Of a stretch of DNA of 32,000 nt, positions 8,158-17,781 are shown one piece after another. A model generated the notes under the pieces. That model was given only the letters and a program-made list of their open reading frames with translations. It searched no databases and was not told the origin of the DNA. Every line of letters starts with the position of its first letter. Position 1 is the stretch's first letter. The position numbers and the translations under genes were made by a program. Source of the DNA: Nitrososphaerota archaeon (GTDB lineage Archaea > Thermoproteota > Nitrososphaeria > Nitrososphaerales > UBA57); assembly GCA_013378385.1 (NCBI GenBank), contig JACAFS010000003.1, forward strand, positions 417 to 32,416. The letters run 5' to 3'.

Positions 8158-8793
8158 ATGGCAACCATCAAAATCTTAGAATCATCTGATTCACACGTAA
8201 AGTTACTGCTAAAAGGCATAGATAGAGTTTATGCTAATGCATTGAGACGCTTTGCTATTAGTGAAGTTCCATGTATGGCCGTAGACGAAATAGTAATTCA
8301 TGAGAATTCTTCAGTTTTATATGACGAAATACTTGCTCATCGTTTAGGACTAATTCCTCTAACTACTGATTTAGAAGGATACATACTACCAGAAGATTGT
8401 TCTTGTAAGACATCTTTGGGTTGTACTAAATGTCGGGTTTTATTAGTTCTTGATGCTGTTGCTACCGACGAAGTAAAAACTATTTACTCTGGAGATCTCG
8501 TATCTGAAGACACTCGCGTTAAACCTCATCTTGATAATATTCCAATTGTGAAACTTGCACCAACTCAAAAAATAAAATTAGAAGCCTATGCAAAGCTAGG
8601 TAAAGGACGTAATCATGCTAAATGGCAACCTGCTACTGTTTCTACACTTACCGATACTGATAATGCATCTGAATTTCATCTTACAATAGAATCAAATGGA
8701 AGTTTACCTGCAAAAGAAATATTATTACAAGCTACAAATATATTAAATACGAAATTAAAGAATATGACTGAAACAATTAAGGAATCTGCATGA
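8158..8793 (+). CDS. rpoD: DNA-directed RNA polymerase subunit D (Rpo3)
   Basis: 'YANALRRFAISEVP' and 'DEILAHRLGLIPL' are present, with an Rpb3-like Cys loop 'CSCKTSLGCTKC'. It occupies the canonical position before L18e-L13-S9-rpoN. Confidence 0.9.
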   Translation: MATIKILESSDSHVKLLLKGIDRVYANALRRFAISEVPCMAVDEIVIHENSSVLYDEILAHRLGLIPLTTDLEGYILPEDCSCKTSLGCTKCRVLLVLDAVATDEVKTIYSGDLVSEDTRVKPHLDNIPIVKLAPTQKIKLEAYAKLGKGRNHAKWQPATVSTLTDTDNASEFHLTIESNGSLPAKEILLQATNILNTKLKNMTETIKESA

Positions 8794-8794
8794 A

Positions 8795-9127
8795 ATGACA
8801 TTTGATGATTATCGTATTGAATCAATAAAACGCATTGCGCGAAAAAACCACGCAAAAATCTGGACTAATGTTGTACAAAGACTTGAACAAAAACATGAAA
8901 TTAATGTTGGAAAATTATCTAAGGTTACAAAAACAGGTGACGTTATCGCTGTTCCAGGTAAAGTTCTTGGAGCTGGTGTAATTCAACATTCAATCACTAT
9001 TGGCGCTGTATCTTTCTCTGAAAGTGCAAAAGAAAAAATTAAGAGTGCCGGTGGAACAATTATGTTGATTGAAAAACTTGTTGAAACAAATCCTGATGGA
9101 AAAGGTGTAAAGATTTTTGTTGGCTGA
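8795..9127 (+). CDS. rpl18e: 50S ribosomal protein L18e (eL18)
   Basis: Its size and position between rpoD and L13 fit. The 'AVPGKVLGAG' segment is typical of L18e. Confidence 0.85.
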   Translation: MTFDDYRIESIKRIARKNHAKIWTNVVQRLEQKHEINVGKLSKVTKTGDVIAVPGKVLGAGVIQHSITIGAVSFSESAKEKIKSAGGTIMLIEKLVETNPDGKGVKIFVG

Positions 9128-9569
9128 TTCTGAATCCACTATTGTAGTTAATGGGGATAAACATCTTGCAGGACGTTTATGCTCTGTAGTTGCTAAAATG
9201 TTGTTAAATGGCAATCGTGTTGCATTAGTTAACGCTGAAAAAATTCTTATGTCTGGCAGTAGAGCGAATATTCTTAAGGAAAATGAATTGCGACTAGAAA
9301 TCACTAGCCGTGTACATCCAAAACATGGTCCTTTCCATCCTAGACGTCCTGATACATATATAGAAAAAATGGTTAGAGGTATGCTTCCTTATAAAAAACC
9401 TAAAGGTAATGCAGCTAAAAAACGCCTACGTGTATATATCTCAATTCCAGAAAAATACCAAAAAGCCGAACATAAAACCATTGAGACTGCATTAGCGCCA
9501 AGGTCATTATCTTATTATACTACGATTGGTGAATTATGTTCATCTATGGGATGGAGAAAATTAGAATGA
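9117..9569 (+). CDS. rpl13: 50S ribosomal protein L13 (uL13)
   Basis: 'GRLCSVVAKMLLNG' and 'VRGMLPYKKPKG' are present. The start is TTG at 9117 or 9120; there is no earlier in-frame ATG. Confidence 0.9.
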   Translation: MLADSESTIVVNGDKHLAGRLCSVVAKMLLNGNRVALVNAEKILMSGSRANILKENELRLEITSRVHPKHGPFHPRRPDTYIEKMVRGMLPYKKPKGNAAKKRLRVYISIPEKYQKAEHKTIETALAPRSLSYYTTIGELCSSMGWRKLE

Positions 9570-9970
9570 AAAAGAAATCCACATTAATACCTGCTTCCAG
9601 AAAAACTGCTAAAGCTACTGCTGTAATTAGTCGAGGAACTGGTAAGGTGTTCATAAACAAAACTCCTGTTGAAATTATTACTCCATTAATGGCAAGAGAA
9701 AGAATGTTAACCCCTCTAGAATTGATTGGCGATCAAAGAGATAAAGTCGATATTAATATTCGAGTCTCTGGCGGTGGATATATGGGTCAAGCTGAAGCAT
9801 GTGCAATTGCGATATCAAGAGCGTTAATATCCCATCTTAAAACTAAAGATATTAAGACTCGAATTTCTGAATTCGATAAACATCTTCTTTCTGGAGATTC
9901 TCGTCGAAGCGAATCAAAGAAATTTGGCGGTCCAGGCGCACGAAGAAGAAAACAAAAATCGTACAGATAG
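9566..9970 (+). CDS. rps9: 30S ribosomal protein S9 (uS9)
   Basis: The C-terminal 'GGPGARRRKQKSYR' is present. I prefer the ATG at 9566 (ATGA overlap with the L13 stop) over the ORF-track start at 9536. Confidence 0.93.
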   Translation: MKKKSTLIPASRKTAKATAVISRGTGKVFINKTPVEIITPLMARERMLTPLELIGDQRDKVDINIRVSGGGYMGQAEACAIAISRALISHLKTKDIKTRISEFDKHLLSGDSRRSESKKFGGPGARRRKQKSYR

Positions 9971-9987
9971 GTTGTTGATATTTATCC

Positions 9988-10218
9988 TTGATTATTCCAG
10001 TTCGTTGTTTTAGTTGTGGCACAGTTGTTGCAGATAAACTTGAAACTTTAGAATCTCGAACATCTAATGGAGAAAGTCCTGCAGATATTCTTAACGATCT
10101 TGGGGTTACAAGATATTGTTGTAGAAGAATGTTATTATCTAATTCTAATGTAATTGATCAAATAATTCAATATCACGAGAGCCTCCATGATAAGAGAGTG
10201 GAATTCGATTTTTCCTAA
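9988..10218 (+). CDS. rpoN: DNA-directed RNA polymerase subunit N (Rpo10)
   Basis: 'IIPVRCFSCG' and 'TRYCCRRML' are present. The start is TTG. Confidence 0.95.
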   Translation: MIIPVRCFSCGTVVADKLETLESRTSNGESPADILNDLGVTRYCCRRMLLSNSNVIDQIIQYHESLHDKRVEFDFS

Positions 10219-10246
10219 TTGTATATACTTGAGGCAATACTAATTC

Positions 10247-11512
10247 ATGACAAAAATTACTGATATTAAATCCCGTTTAATTTATAATAGCCGTGGCAGT
10301 GAAACCATCGAAGTTGACGTATATGCTGATGACATTGTAGGTACTGCTTCATCCCCCGCTGGCGCTAGCGTTGGTAAATTCGAGGCCGTTTCTTTTAGAA
10401 ACTCAAAATGTCAAGATACCATCGAATATCTTGATAAATATAAATCTCATTTGATTGGCGCTGATACTTCTGATATATACAATCTTAAGAATATCTTAAA
10501 AGAAGCCGATAAGACCGATAATTATTCCAATATAGGAGGTTCAGCTGCATATGCAATATCACTTGCATCTGTTGACGCAGCTTCTCAGATTCTTAATAAA
10601 CCAATTTATGAAATACTTCTGAATGGAAAGCCAGCTGAAATGCCTCTGCCTTTAGGAAACGTTCTAGGCGGTGGTATGCATGCAGGAAATGGCTCTACTG
10701 ATATTCAAGAATTTCTTTCTTACCCTCTTGGCGCTGATTCAATACGTTCTGGAATACAAGCTAATTTGATGGTTCATAAAGAAATCAAGAAAATTATTGA
10801 TAAGAAAGACTCGAAATTTTCTGGCGGAAAAGGCGACGAGGGAGCATGGGCACCACAATTATCGAATACTGAAGCACTTGAAGTTGCCCAAGAAGCAATT
10901 AATACAGTGTCAGACATAGTTGGATTCGAAATTAGATTAGGGTTAGACGTTGCATCTTCTTCTCTTTGGAATCCCGATAAGGAACTATACGTATACTCTC
11001 GTGAAAATAAAACTCGTAACACTGAAGAACAAATCGCTTATGTTCTTGAACTAATTGAAAAATATAATTTAATCTATATCGAAGATCCCTTACACGAAGA
11101 GGCTTTTTCCGATTTTACTCAACTCTCATCCAAAAGTGACAATTGCTTAATAGTTGGAGACGATCTCTTTGTTACTAATACATCTATACTTCAGAAAGGC
11201 ATAGACCAGAAAGCTGGTAATTCTGTTATTCTTAAAGTAAATCAGGCTGGATCACTAGGTGACGCAATGGAATTTGCGAATTTATGTAATAAACATAACT
11301 ATGCAATTATCTCCTCTCACCGTTCTGGAGATACAGTGGACCGACATCTGGCTCATATTGCAATAGGTTCGGGTTCTGTTATGATGAAAAGCGGAGTAGT
11401 TGGCGGAGAAAGAATTTCAAAATTAAATGAATTAATTCGAATTGAGGAAACTAACTTTATAACTAATAACATGTCGATGCCTATTGCGAGGGTTAAAAAG
11501 TATGTCAGTTAA
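10247..11512 (+). CDS. eno: enolase (2-phosphoglycerate dehydratase)
   Basis: 'ILKVNQAGSLG' and 'SHRSGDT' are present. It sits at the canonical archaeal position before S2. Confidence 0.95.
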   Translation: MTKITDIKSRLIYNSRGSETIEVDVYADDIVGTASSPAGASVGKFEAVSFRNSKCQDTIEYLDKYKSHLIGADTSDIYNLKNILKEADKTDNYSNIGGSAAYAISLASVDAASQILNKPIYEILLNGKPAEMPLPLGNVLGGGMHAGNGSTDIQEFLSYPLGADSIRSGIQANLMVHKEIKKIIDKKDSKFSGGKGDEGAWAPQLSNTEALEVAQEAINTVSDIVGFEIRLGLDVASSSLWNPDKELYVYSRENKTRNTEEQIAYVLELIEKYNLIYIEDPLHEEAFSDFTQLSSKSDNCLIVGDDLFVTNTSILQKGIDQKAGNSVILKVNQAGSLGDAMEFANLCNKHNYAIISSHRSGDTVDRHLAHIAIGSGSVMMKSGVVGGERISKLNELIRIEETNFITNNMSMPIARVKKYVS

Positions 11513-12167
11513 TTTCGAAACCGAAGATGTTGTAAGCACAGGCGATAATATCGATAGCTCTATCACTAAACATGTATCTGAACAAGTTCTATTATCTACA
11601 GGTATTCGTGTAGGCACTCTTGTTAAAACTAAATCTATGTCTAGTTTTATCAGTAGAACTCGTCCTGATGGACTACATATCATTGATGTTGCTCAAACTT
11701 TACAACGTATTGAATTAGCTTCTAAATTTATTTCTAATTTTGATTCATCCCGTGTTGTTGCCTATTCATCCCGAGAATATGGTAAAACACCTGTCGCAAA
11801 ATTCACAGAACTTACTGGCACAATTCCTTTAACAGGAAGATTCATGCCGGGAACTTTTACTAACCCCTTGTATCCTAAACACTTGGATCCCGAAGCAGTT
11901 ATAGTAACAGATCCTTCAATGGATCTACAAGCAGTTACTGAAGCTTCTCAAGTTGGTATTCCTGTAATTGCTATATGTGATACTGATAACCTTACTGAAA
12001 ATGTTGATCTTGTTATTCCTGCAAATAATAGAGGACGTAAAGCACTCGCTGCAGTTATGTGGTTGTTATCAAGGTCTGTTCTCCAACAATCAGGTAAATT
12101 ATCTTTAGACGAATCATTACCATATGCAATTGAAGATTTCGAGACAAAATTAGTAGAAGACGAATAA
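11502..12167 (+). CDS. rps2: 30S ribosomal protein S2 (uS2)
   Basis: 'DGLHIIDV' and 'GIPVIAICDTDN' are present. I prefer the ATG at 11502 over the in-frame TTG at 11484. Confidence 0.9.
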   Translation: MSVNFETEDVVSTGDNIDSSITKHVSEQVLLSTGIRVGTLVKTKSMSSFISRTRPDGLHIIDVAQTLQRIELASKFISNFDSSRVVAYSSREYGKTPVAKFTELTGTIPLTGRFMPGTFTNPLYPKHLDPEAVIVTDPSMDLQAVTEASQVGIPVIAICDTDNLTENVDLVIPANNRGRKALAAVMWLLSRSVLQQSGKLSLDESLPYAIEDFETKLVEDE

Positions 12168-12234
12168 TTCCCATCTTTCTCTAATTATAATTACCCGCTG
12201 ATTTTTATTGTTGTAATGTATTATAAATAGTAAT

Positions 12235-13173
12235 TTGATATCAATTGCAGAAGCTCCAGGTAAAATTATTCTTACAGGGGAACATTTTGTTGTTCATGGC
12301 TCCCAAGCATTGGCAGCTGCAATAAATAAAAATATACGTATCTCCAGTAGTTTCTCATCACAGAATACTATTAAATATAAAAATCAAAAAATTTCTTTAG
12401 CGAACTACAATATAAAAAATGATCCTGTTTATATTGTTCGTAATAAAACTCTGGAATATTTGGGGAAAAAAAATACACTCTCTATCAACATCGAATCAAA
12501 CATTCCTCGTGGTTCAGGTTTAGGTTCTTCTAGCGCCTTATGTGTGGCCACTGCTGCTTCCGTTGCATCACTTTTTAATACCAAACTTGACCGAAAAACT
12601 CTATTTAATCTTGCTATGCATGGGGAAAAGAAAATTCACGGTAATCCCTCAGGAATCGACGTTGCCACCAGTATAATGGGAGGACTCATATCATTTCGTA
12701 AAGGCTATGATCCTAAACGTATTAATCTTAAGTATAATCCTGAATTAATTGTATCAATTAGCGGCAAACGCCGAAAAACATCAAATATGATAAATAAATT
12801 TACCAATCTTCGAAATGAAAAACCATATTCTTTTCATAGTTTAGTAAACTCGTCTAATACATTGACTAAAAAAACATTATCGGCACTCTCACAAAAAGAC
12901 TATCTTTCTGTTGGTTCCTATTTTAATTTCTTTAATTCCACTCTGAATTATTTCGGTCTAAGTTCTACTGTAACTGATAATATGATAGAAAAATGTCTCG
13001 AGTTAGGATCTTATGGAGCGAAAATTACTGGCGGAGGCGGAGGCGGTTCCATTATTGCTATCTCACCATCTAAATATATTAACGTAATTATTGACGAATT
13101 AAATAATATGAACTTTGAAACATTTTCTGTAAAAATTCCACAACAAGGTGTAAAGGTATGGTCAATAAATTAA
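12235..13173 (+). CDS. mvk: mevalonate kinase
   Basis: 'APGKIILTGEHFVVHG' and the GHMP motif 'PRGSGLGSSSAL' are present. The start is TTG. Confidence 0.9.
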   Translation: MISIAEAPGKIILTGEHFVVHGSQALAAAINKNIRISSSFSSQNTIKYKNQKISLANYNIKNDPVYIVRNKTLEYLGKKNTLSINIESNIPRGSGLGSSSALCVATAASVASLFNTKLDRKTLFNLAMHGEKKIHGNPSGIDVATSIMGGLISFRKGYDPKRINLKYNPELIVSISGKRRKTSNMINKFTNLRNEKPYSFHSLVNSSNTLTKKTLSALSQKDYLSVGSYFNFFNSTLNYFGLSSTVTDNMIEKCLELGSYGAKITGGGGGGSIIAISPSKYINVIIDELNNMNFETFSVKIPQQGVKVWSIN

Positions 13174-13919
13174 CAATTCTTAAATTAGGTGGCTCTGTAA
13201 TCACTAAAAAATCCAAAGCGCTTACATTTAATCGTAATTCTGTTGAAAAACTATCTAAAGTAATTAAAAAATTCAACGAACCTTTGATTATTGTTCATGG
13301 AGCAGGTTCCTTTGGACATTATTACGCTAAACGTTACGGAATCTCTAGTAAACCTACAAGATCTACTAAACATGTTGTAAAAATTCGAGATTCTATGCAA
13401 TCATTAAATCGTAAGCTTGTCGAAATATTTCATCAAAACGGTGTTGACACATTTTCTTTTTCACCCATTTACATGTATCATAATAGAAAAATTCCGAATA
13501 TCTGGAAAAATACATTACAAAAAAGTATTTCTTTTGATTTAGTTCCAATGACCTTTGGGGATGTATTACTTGGTAATAATGGATTCTATATTCATTCTGG
13601 CGATCTTATTGTATATGATCTCTGTAAGTTACTAAATCCAAAACGTGTTATTTTTGCATCAAATATTGATGGCATATACCAAAATCTCGATGATAATTCT
13701 AGTTTAGTTCCTATAATTAAGAACAATAAGAATAATCTTAAATTTTCTAAAATCAATTATGATGTTACTGGTGGTATTAAAACGAAAATAACTCAAAGTC
13801 TAAAAATTGCTAATCTTGGCATTGAAGTTCAGATTACTAATGGATTGAACTCTAAAAATTTAATCAAAGCATTAAAGGGCGAGCATATCGGAACATTATT
13901 TATCGGTGATAAACATTGA
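13158..13919 (+). CDS. isopentenyl phosphate kinase
   Basis: The amino-acid-kinase fold motifs 'LKLGGSVITKK' and 'IVHGAGSFGH' are present. It lies between mvk and the type-2 IPP isomerase. Confidence 0.85.
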   Translation: MVNKLTILKLGGSVITKKSKALTFNRNSVEKLSKVIKKFNEPLIIVHGAGSFGHYYAKRYGISSKPTRSTKHVVKIRDSMQSLNRKLVEIFHQNGVDTFSFSPIYMYHNRKIPNIWKNTLQKSISFDLVPMTFGDVLLGNNGFYIHSGDLIVYDLCKLLNPKRVIFASNIDGIYQNLDDNSSLVPIIKNNKNNLKFSKINYDVTGGIKTKITQSLKIANLGIEVQITNGLNSKNLIKALKGEHIGTLFIGDKH

Positions 13920-14998
13920 GTAAAAAAAGTCCTAAAAATATTATTGAGGATCGTAAAAAAGAAGGTATTGAACTCGCATTAAAAAATACTAGTGCAATGA
14001 CTAAAACAACACTTCTGGAATGTGTGGAATTGCTGCATTGTGCTCTACCTGAAATCAATTTCGATGACATTAATACATCTACAAAATTCCTTGGCCATAA
14101 TCTTAAATTTCCTTTTTTAATAGATTCAATGACTGGTGGTACTCCAGCTGCCCAAAAAATCAATACTAGATTGGCACAGGCTGCTGAAGAATTTGGTATT
14201 GGTATGGGTGTTGGTAGCCAAAGAGCTGGTTTATTGTCTAACAAACTTGCCGAAAGCTTTAAAGTTGTACGAAAAAATGCCCCTAATGCATTTATCTTCT
14301 CAAATATAGGAGGCGCGCAACTTTCTCAAGGACTTGATTATCAATCAATAAAAAAATTATTGCAAATGATTGACGCTGACGCGTTAGCTATTCATCTTAA
14401 TCCTCTACAAGAACTTGTTCAACCTGAAGGCGAATCTAATTATCTGTCTGTATTATCTAGAATTGACGAACTCTCTTCTGATTTGGACGTTCCTATAATT
14501 GTTAAAGAAGTTGGTTCAGGAATATCTCCATCTGTGGCTAAAAAATTATCTGCAACTAAAATTGGCGCAATAAATGTTGCGGGAATGGGAGGCACTAGTT
14601 GGGCAGGTATAGAACAAATACGAGCAAAGAAATTTAATAATAAGCAGAAATCTAACCTTGGTCTTTTATTTTGGGATTGGGGTATCCCTACTGCTGCTAC
14701 TATATTCCTTACTCGTAATTCTGTGAAAACTCCTATTATCGCATCTGGAGGTTTACGTAATGGACTGGATCTTGCTAAAACTATAACGCTTGGCGCTGAT
14801 GTCGGAGGATTTGCTCGTCCTATGCTTACACCTGCGTCTAAATCATATAATTCCCTAAAAGATTTCATTAATCAATTAATATTAGAACTTAAATCAACTA
14901 TGTTTTTGGTTGGCGCTAAAAATATTGATGACCTTAAATCTATTGAGTACATTACGACTGAACCACTTACTAGTTGGATATCAAAGGTTCGTAAATAA
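13916..14998 (+). CDS. fni: isopentenyl-diphosphate delta-isomerase, type 2 (FMN-dependent)
   Basis: 'IDSMTGGT', 'VGSQR', 'IIVKEVGSGIS' and 'GMGGTSWA' are present. The TTG start forms a TTGA overlap with the ipk stop. Confidence 0.9.
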   Translation: MSKKSPKNIIEDRKKEGIELALKNTSAMTKTTLLECVELLHCALPEINFDDINTSTKFLGHNLKFPFLIDSMTGGTPAAQKINTRLAQAAEEFGIGMGVGSQRAGLLSNKLAESFKVVRKNAPNAFIFSNIGGAQLSQGLDYQSIKKLLQMIDADALAIHLNPLQELVQPEGESNYLSVLSRIDELSSDLDVPIIVKEVGSGISPSVAKKLSATKIGAINVAGMGGTSWAGIEQIRAKKFNNKQKSNLGLLFWDWGIPTAATIFLTRNSVKTPIIASGGLRNGLDLAKTITLGADVGGFARPMLTPASKSYNSLKDFINQLILELKSTMFLVGAKNIDDLKSIEYITTEPLTSWISKVRK

Positions 14999-16041
14999 TG
15001 ACACACAATATTGCTGATATACTATCTGAACCTGAAATACAAGCAAACAAAAAACTTATCGACGAGATTATAATTAATTTTCTCCCATCAAATCATGGAA
15101 TACAAGAAATTGATTTGTTGTATAATATGATGCGCGATTATCCATTACGTCCTGCTAAAGGAATACGTTCATCAATCTGTTTATTTACTTCTCAAGCATT
15201 CGGTGGCACAATCGACGACGCTCTTTTTACTGCTTCATCACTAGAATTATTTCAAAATTGGATTTTAATTCATGATGACATTGAAGATGAATCTGAATTA
15301 CGACGTGGACAACCAGTTCTACATCGTAAACATACTATTCCACTTGCAATAAATGCAGGTGATTCACTTCACGGCAGAATGTGGTCTCTATTACAAAAAA
15401 ATCATTCATTATTAGGTGCTGAGCTAACGCTAGATATTATTAATGAATTCATTCATATGCTAAATGAAACCACTGAAGGACAACATATGGAATTATCCTG
15501 GTCTCAAAATAACGACTTGAATATATCTCAAGAAGATTATCTAGTTATGTGTACTAAAAAAACTTCATGGTATACTTGTATCACTCCATTTCGACTCGGC
15601 AATCTGATTGCAGAAAAAAAGAACATTAATACAAATAAATTTGTAGAATTTGGCACTAATCTAGGAATTGCTTTTCAAATTCGTGACGATATTCTTAATC
15701 TTACTGCAGATAGTAAGTATGGAAAAGAATATGCAGGAGATTTAATTGAAGGTAAGCGCACTTTGATTCTTATTCATCTTTTAGAATCTTGTAATACTTC
15801 TGATCGAGAATTTATTGAATCCTTTTTTAATAATAACCGTGAATTCCGTGAAAGTAATTCTAAAAAATTACTAGATTTAATTTCTAAATATAAATCAATA
15901 GATTATGCAACTAACATTTGTAACGAACTTTCAGATAAGGCACTAAATGAATTCGATACTATCTTTTCTGATTTGCCTGATACTAGGTCTCGTTTATTAT
16001 TGAATAATATTACTAAATACATGGTTTCCAGGAACTGGTAA
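14998..16041 (+). CDS. polyprenyl (probably geranylgeranyl) diphosphate synthase
   Basis: The first Asp-rich motif is 'LIHDDIEDESELRRG' and the second is 'FQIRDDILN'. Chain length cannot be read from the sequence. Confidence 0.85.
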   Translation: MTHNIADILSEPEIQANKKLIDEIIINFLPSNHGIQEIDLLYNMMRDYPLRPAKGIRSSICLFTSQAFGGTIDDALFTASSLELFQNWILIHDDIEDESELRRGQPVLHRKHTIPLAINAGDSLHGRMWSLLQKNHSLLGAELTLDIINEFIHMLNETTEGQHMELSWSQNNDLNISQEDYLVMCTKKTSWYTCITPFRLGNLIAEKKNINTNKFVEFGTNLGIAFQIRDDILNLTADSKYGKEYAGDLIEGKRTLILIHLLESCNTSDREFIESFFNNNREFRESNSKKLLDLISKYKSIDYATNICNELSDKALNEFDTIFSDLPDTRSRLLLNNITKYMVSRNW

Positions 16042-16044
16042 ATC

Positions 16045-17775
16045 TTGACTAAATCAGAAATCGAGGAACTCGTATTCAAACACAGTTTATTTAATGCATC
16101 CCAACATGAAGGTAAAGCAAATCTTGGTTCTGTTATTAACAAAATTATCGCAGAAAAACCCGAATTAAAATCAGATATTAAAAATTTAATGAACGAAATT
16201 AAGCCTATAATTGAAAAAATTAATTCTATGGGTCTAGATGAACAAATCAAACTTCTTCAAAAAGATTTTCCAGATATGAAATCTGAAACAAAAAACACTG
16301 AAAAATTTCCTTTACCTTCTCTTCCAAATTTCAATTCTTATGAAACTATTGTTACTCGTTTTTCTCCTAATCCAAATGGCCATCTTCATATTGGACACGT
16401 TAAAGCATTTCGTTTAGATTTTCGTTATACACAAAAACATGCAGGTAAATTCTTTCTAAGATTTGATGACACTAATCCTGTTGCTATAAAAACTGAGTTC
16501 TACAACGAAATCCTAGAGAATCTAGATTGGATGGGAATTAAACCTGATCAAATTACTTATACATCTGATTATCTTGACGAAATATATAAAATTGCTACAC
16601 AAATGTTTCACGATAATCACCTTTACATCTGCGAATGTAAATCTGACATGATTAAAAACAATCGTCTTAAAAAACAAATTTGCGAACATAATCTATCTGA
16701 TAACTCTGACAAACAAATTTCTGATTTCCTTTCTTCTCGTATTAGTGGCGTTGTTCGCTTTAAAGGAGATATGAAATCTAATAATACTGCTATGCGTGAT
16801 CCAGTAATGTTACGTTCTGTCGACGAAGAACATCCTCGCACTGGAAAAAAATATAGTATTTGGCCAACATATGATCTTGCCGCTCCAATTACTGATTGTT
16901 TGGAAGGAGTTAGTCATGCATTACGTTCAAAAGAATTTGAATTACGAGATGAATTGTACAATGAAATCACTCAAATTTTATCTGATCAAGGAAAAGTTAA
17001 ATCTAGACCTTCTTTAGTTAGTTTCTCTCGATTGTCTATGAAAGGTTCACCTACTTCAAAAAGCAATATCAAATCTCTTATCGATAAAGGCCAGATTGAT
17101 AATTGGCATGATATACGCCTTGTTACCCTTTCTGCACTTCATAAACGTGGTTTTATTCCTGAAGGAATTAGTAATTTTGTCGATTCTTTAGGATTGAGTA
17201 AAAGCGAATCTTCACCTGATTTTGAGTTATTAGCATCTTTTAACAGAAAAGCTAGAGACAAATCAGATAAAAGATACTTTTTTGTGCCTAATCCTATTAA
17301 ATTAAAAGTAAATAATATTCCTATAAAATCTGTTACTCTTAAGCATCATCCAACCGAAAATCTTGGTGATAGAACTATAGACATATCTGATGAATTTTTT
17401 GTCTCTCCAGATGATATTAATTCGTTAAACGAGGGTGATGAAGTAAGACTGATGGATCTATTCAATATTAAAATAATCAATAAATCTAGTACTGTGACCA
17501 CAGAATATACAAGTACCGAACCTATTTCCTCTTTGAAAAAAATTCATTGGGTCGCTCACGATGGAATCAATTTCAATCTCTTAATTCCTGATAATGAAAA
17601 ATATACTGTTTCTTCAGATGGCTCCTTTGAATTCTTACCAGATAGTCTTACCACTCACAGTGGCATTGCAGAAAGTAAATGTAAAAATCTTAGTGAAGGT
17701 GATATGTTACAATTCAATCGTATTGGTTTCTGTCGTGTCATCTCAGCAGACTCCGCAATATTATCACACAAGTGA
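16045..17775 (+). CDS. gltX: glutamyl-tRNA synthetase, archaeal/eukaryal type
   Basis: The class I HIGH motif 'PNGHLHIGHVKA' and 'FLRFDDTNP' are present. The protein is 576 aa. The start is TTG. Confidence 0.9.
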   Translation: MTKSEIEELVFKHSLFNASQHEGKANLGSVINKIIAEKPELKSDIKNLMNEIKPIIEKINSMGLDEQIKLLQKDFPDMKSETKNTEKFPLPSLPNFNSYETIVTRFSPNPNGHLHIGHVKAFRLDFRYTQKHAGKFFLRFDDTNPVAIKTEFYNEILENLDWMGIKPDQITYTSDYLDEIYKIATQMFHDNHLYICECKSDMIKNNRLKKQICEHNLSDNSDKQISDFLSSRISGVVRFKGDMKSNNTAMRDPVMLRSVDEEHPRTGKKYSIWPTYDLAAPITDCLEGVSHALRSKEFELRDELYNEITQILSDQGKVKSRPSLVSFSRLSMKGSPTSKSNIKSLIDKGQIDNWHDIRLVTLSALHKRGFIPEGISNFVDSLGLSKSESSPDFELLASFNRKARDKSDKRYFFVPNPIKLKVNNIPIKSVTLKHHPTENLGDRTIDISDEFFVSPDDINSLNEGDEVRLMDLFNIKIINKSSTVTTEYTSTEPISSLKKIHWVAHDGINFNLLIPDNEKYTVSSDGSFEFLPDSLTTHSGIAESKCKNLSEGDMLQFNRIGFCRVISADSAILSHK

Positions 17776-17781
17776 TTCATC

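Noticed and set aside
9536-9565. N-terminal extensions offered by the ORF track for S9 (9536), S2 (11484) and L7Ae (25005).
   Set aside because: Downstream ATGs (9566, 11502, 25023) give N-termini and lengths that better match these families. For S9 the ATG also creates an ATGA stop/start junction. The extensions add non-conserved residues. This remains uncertain without alignments.
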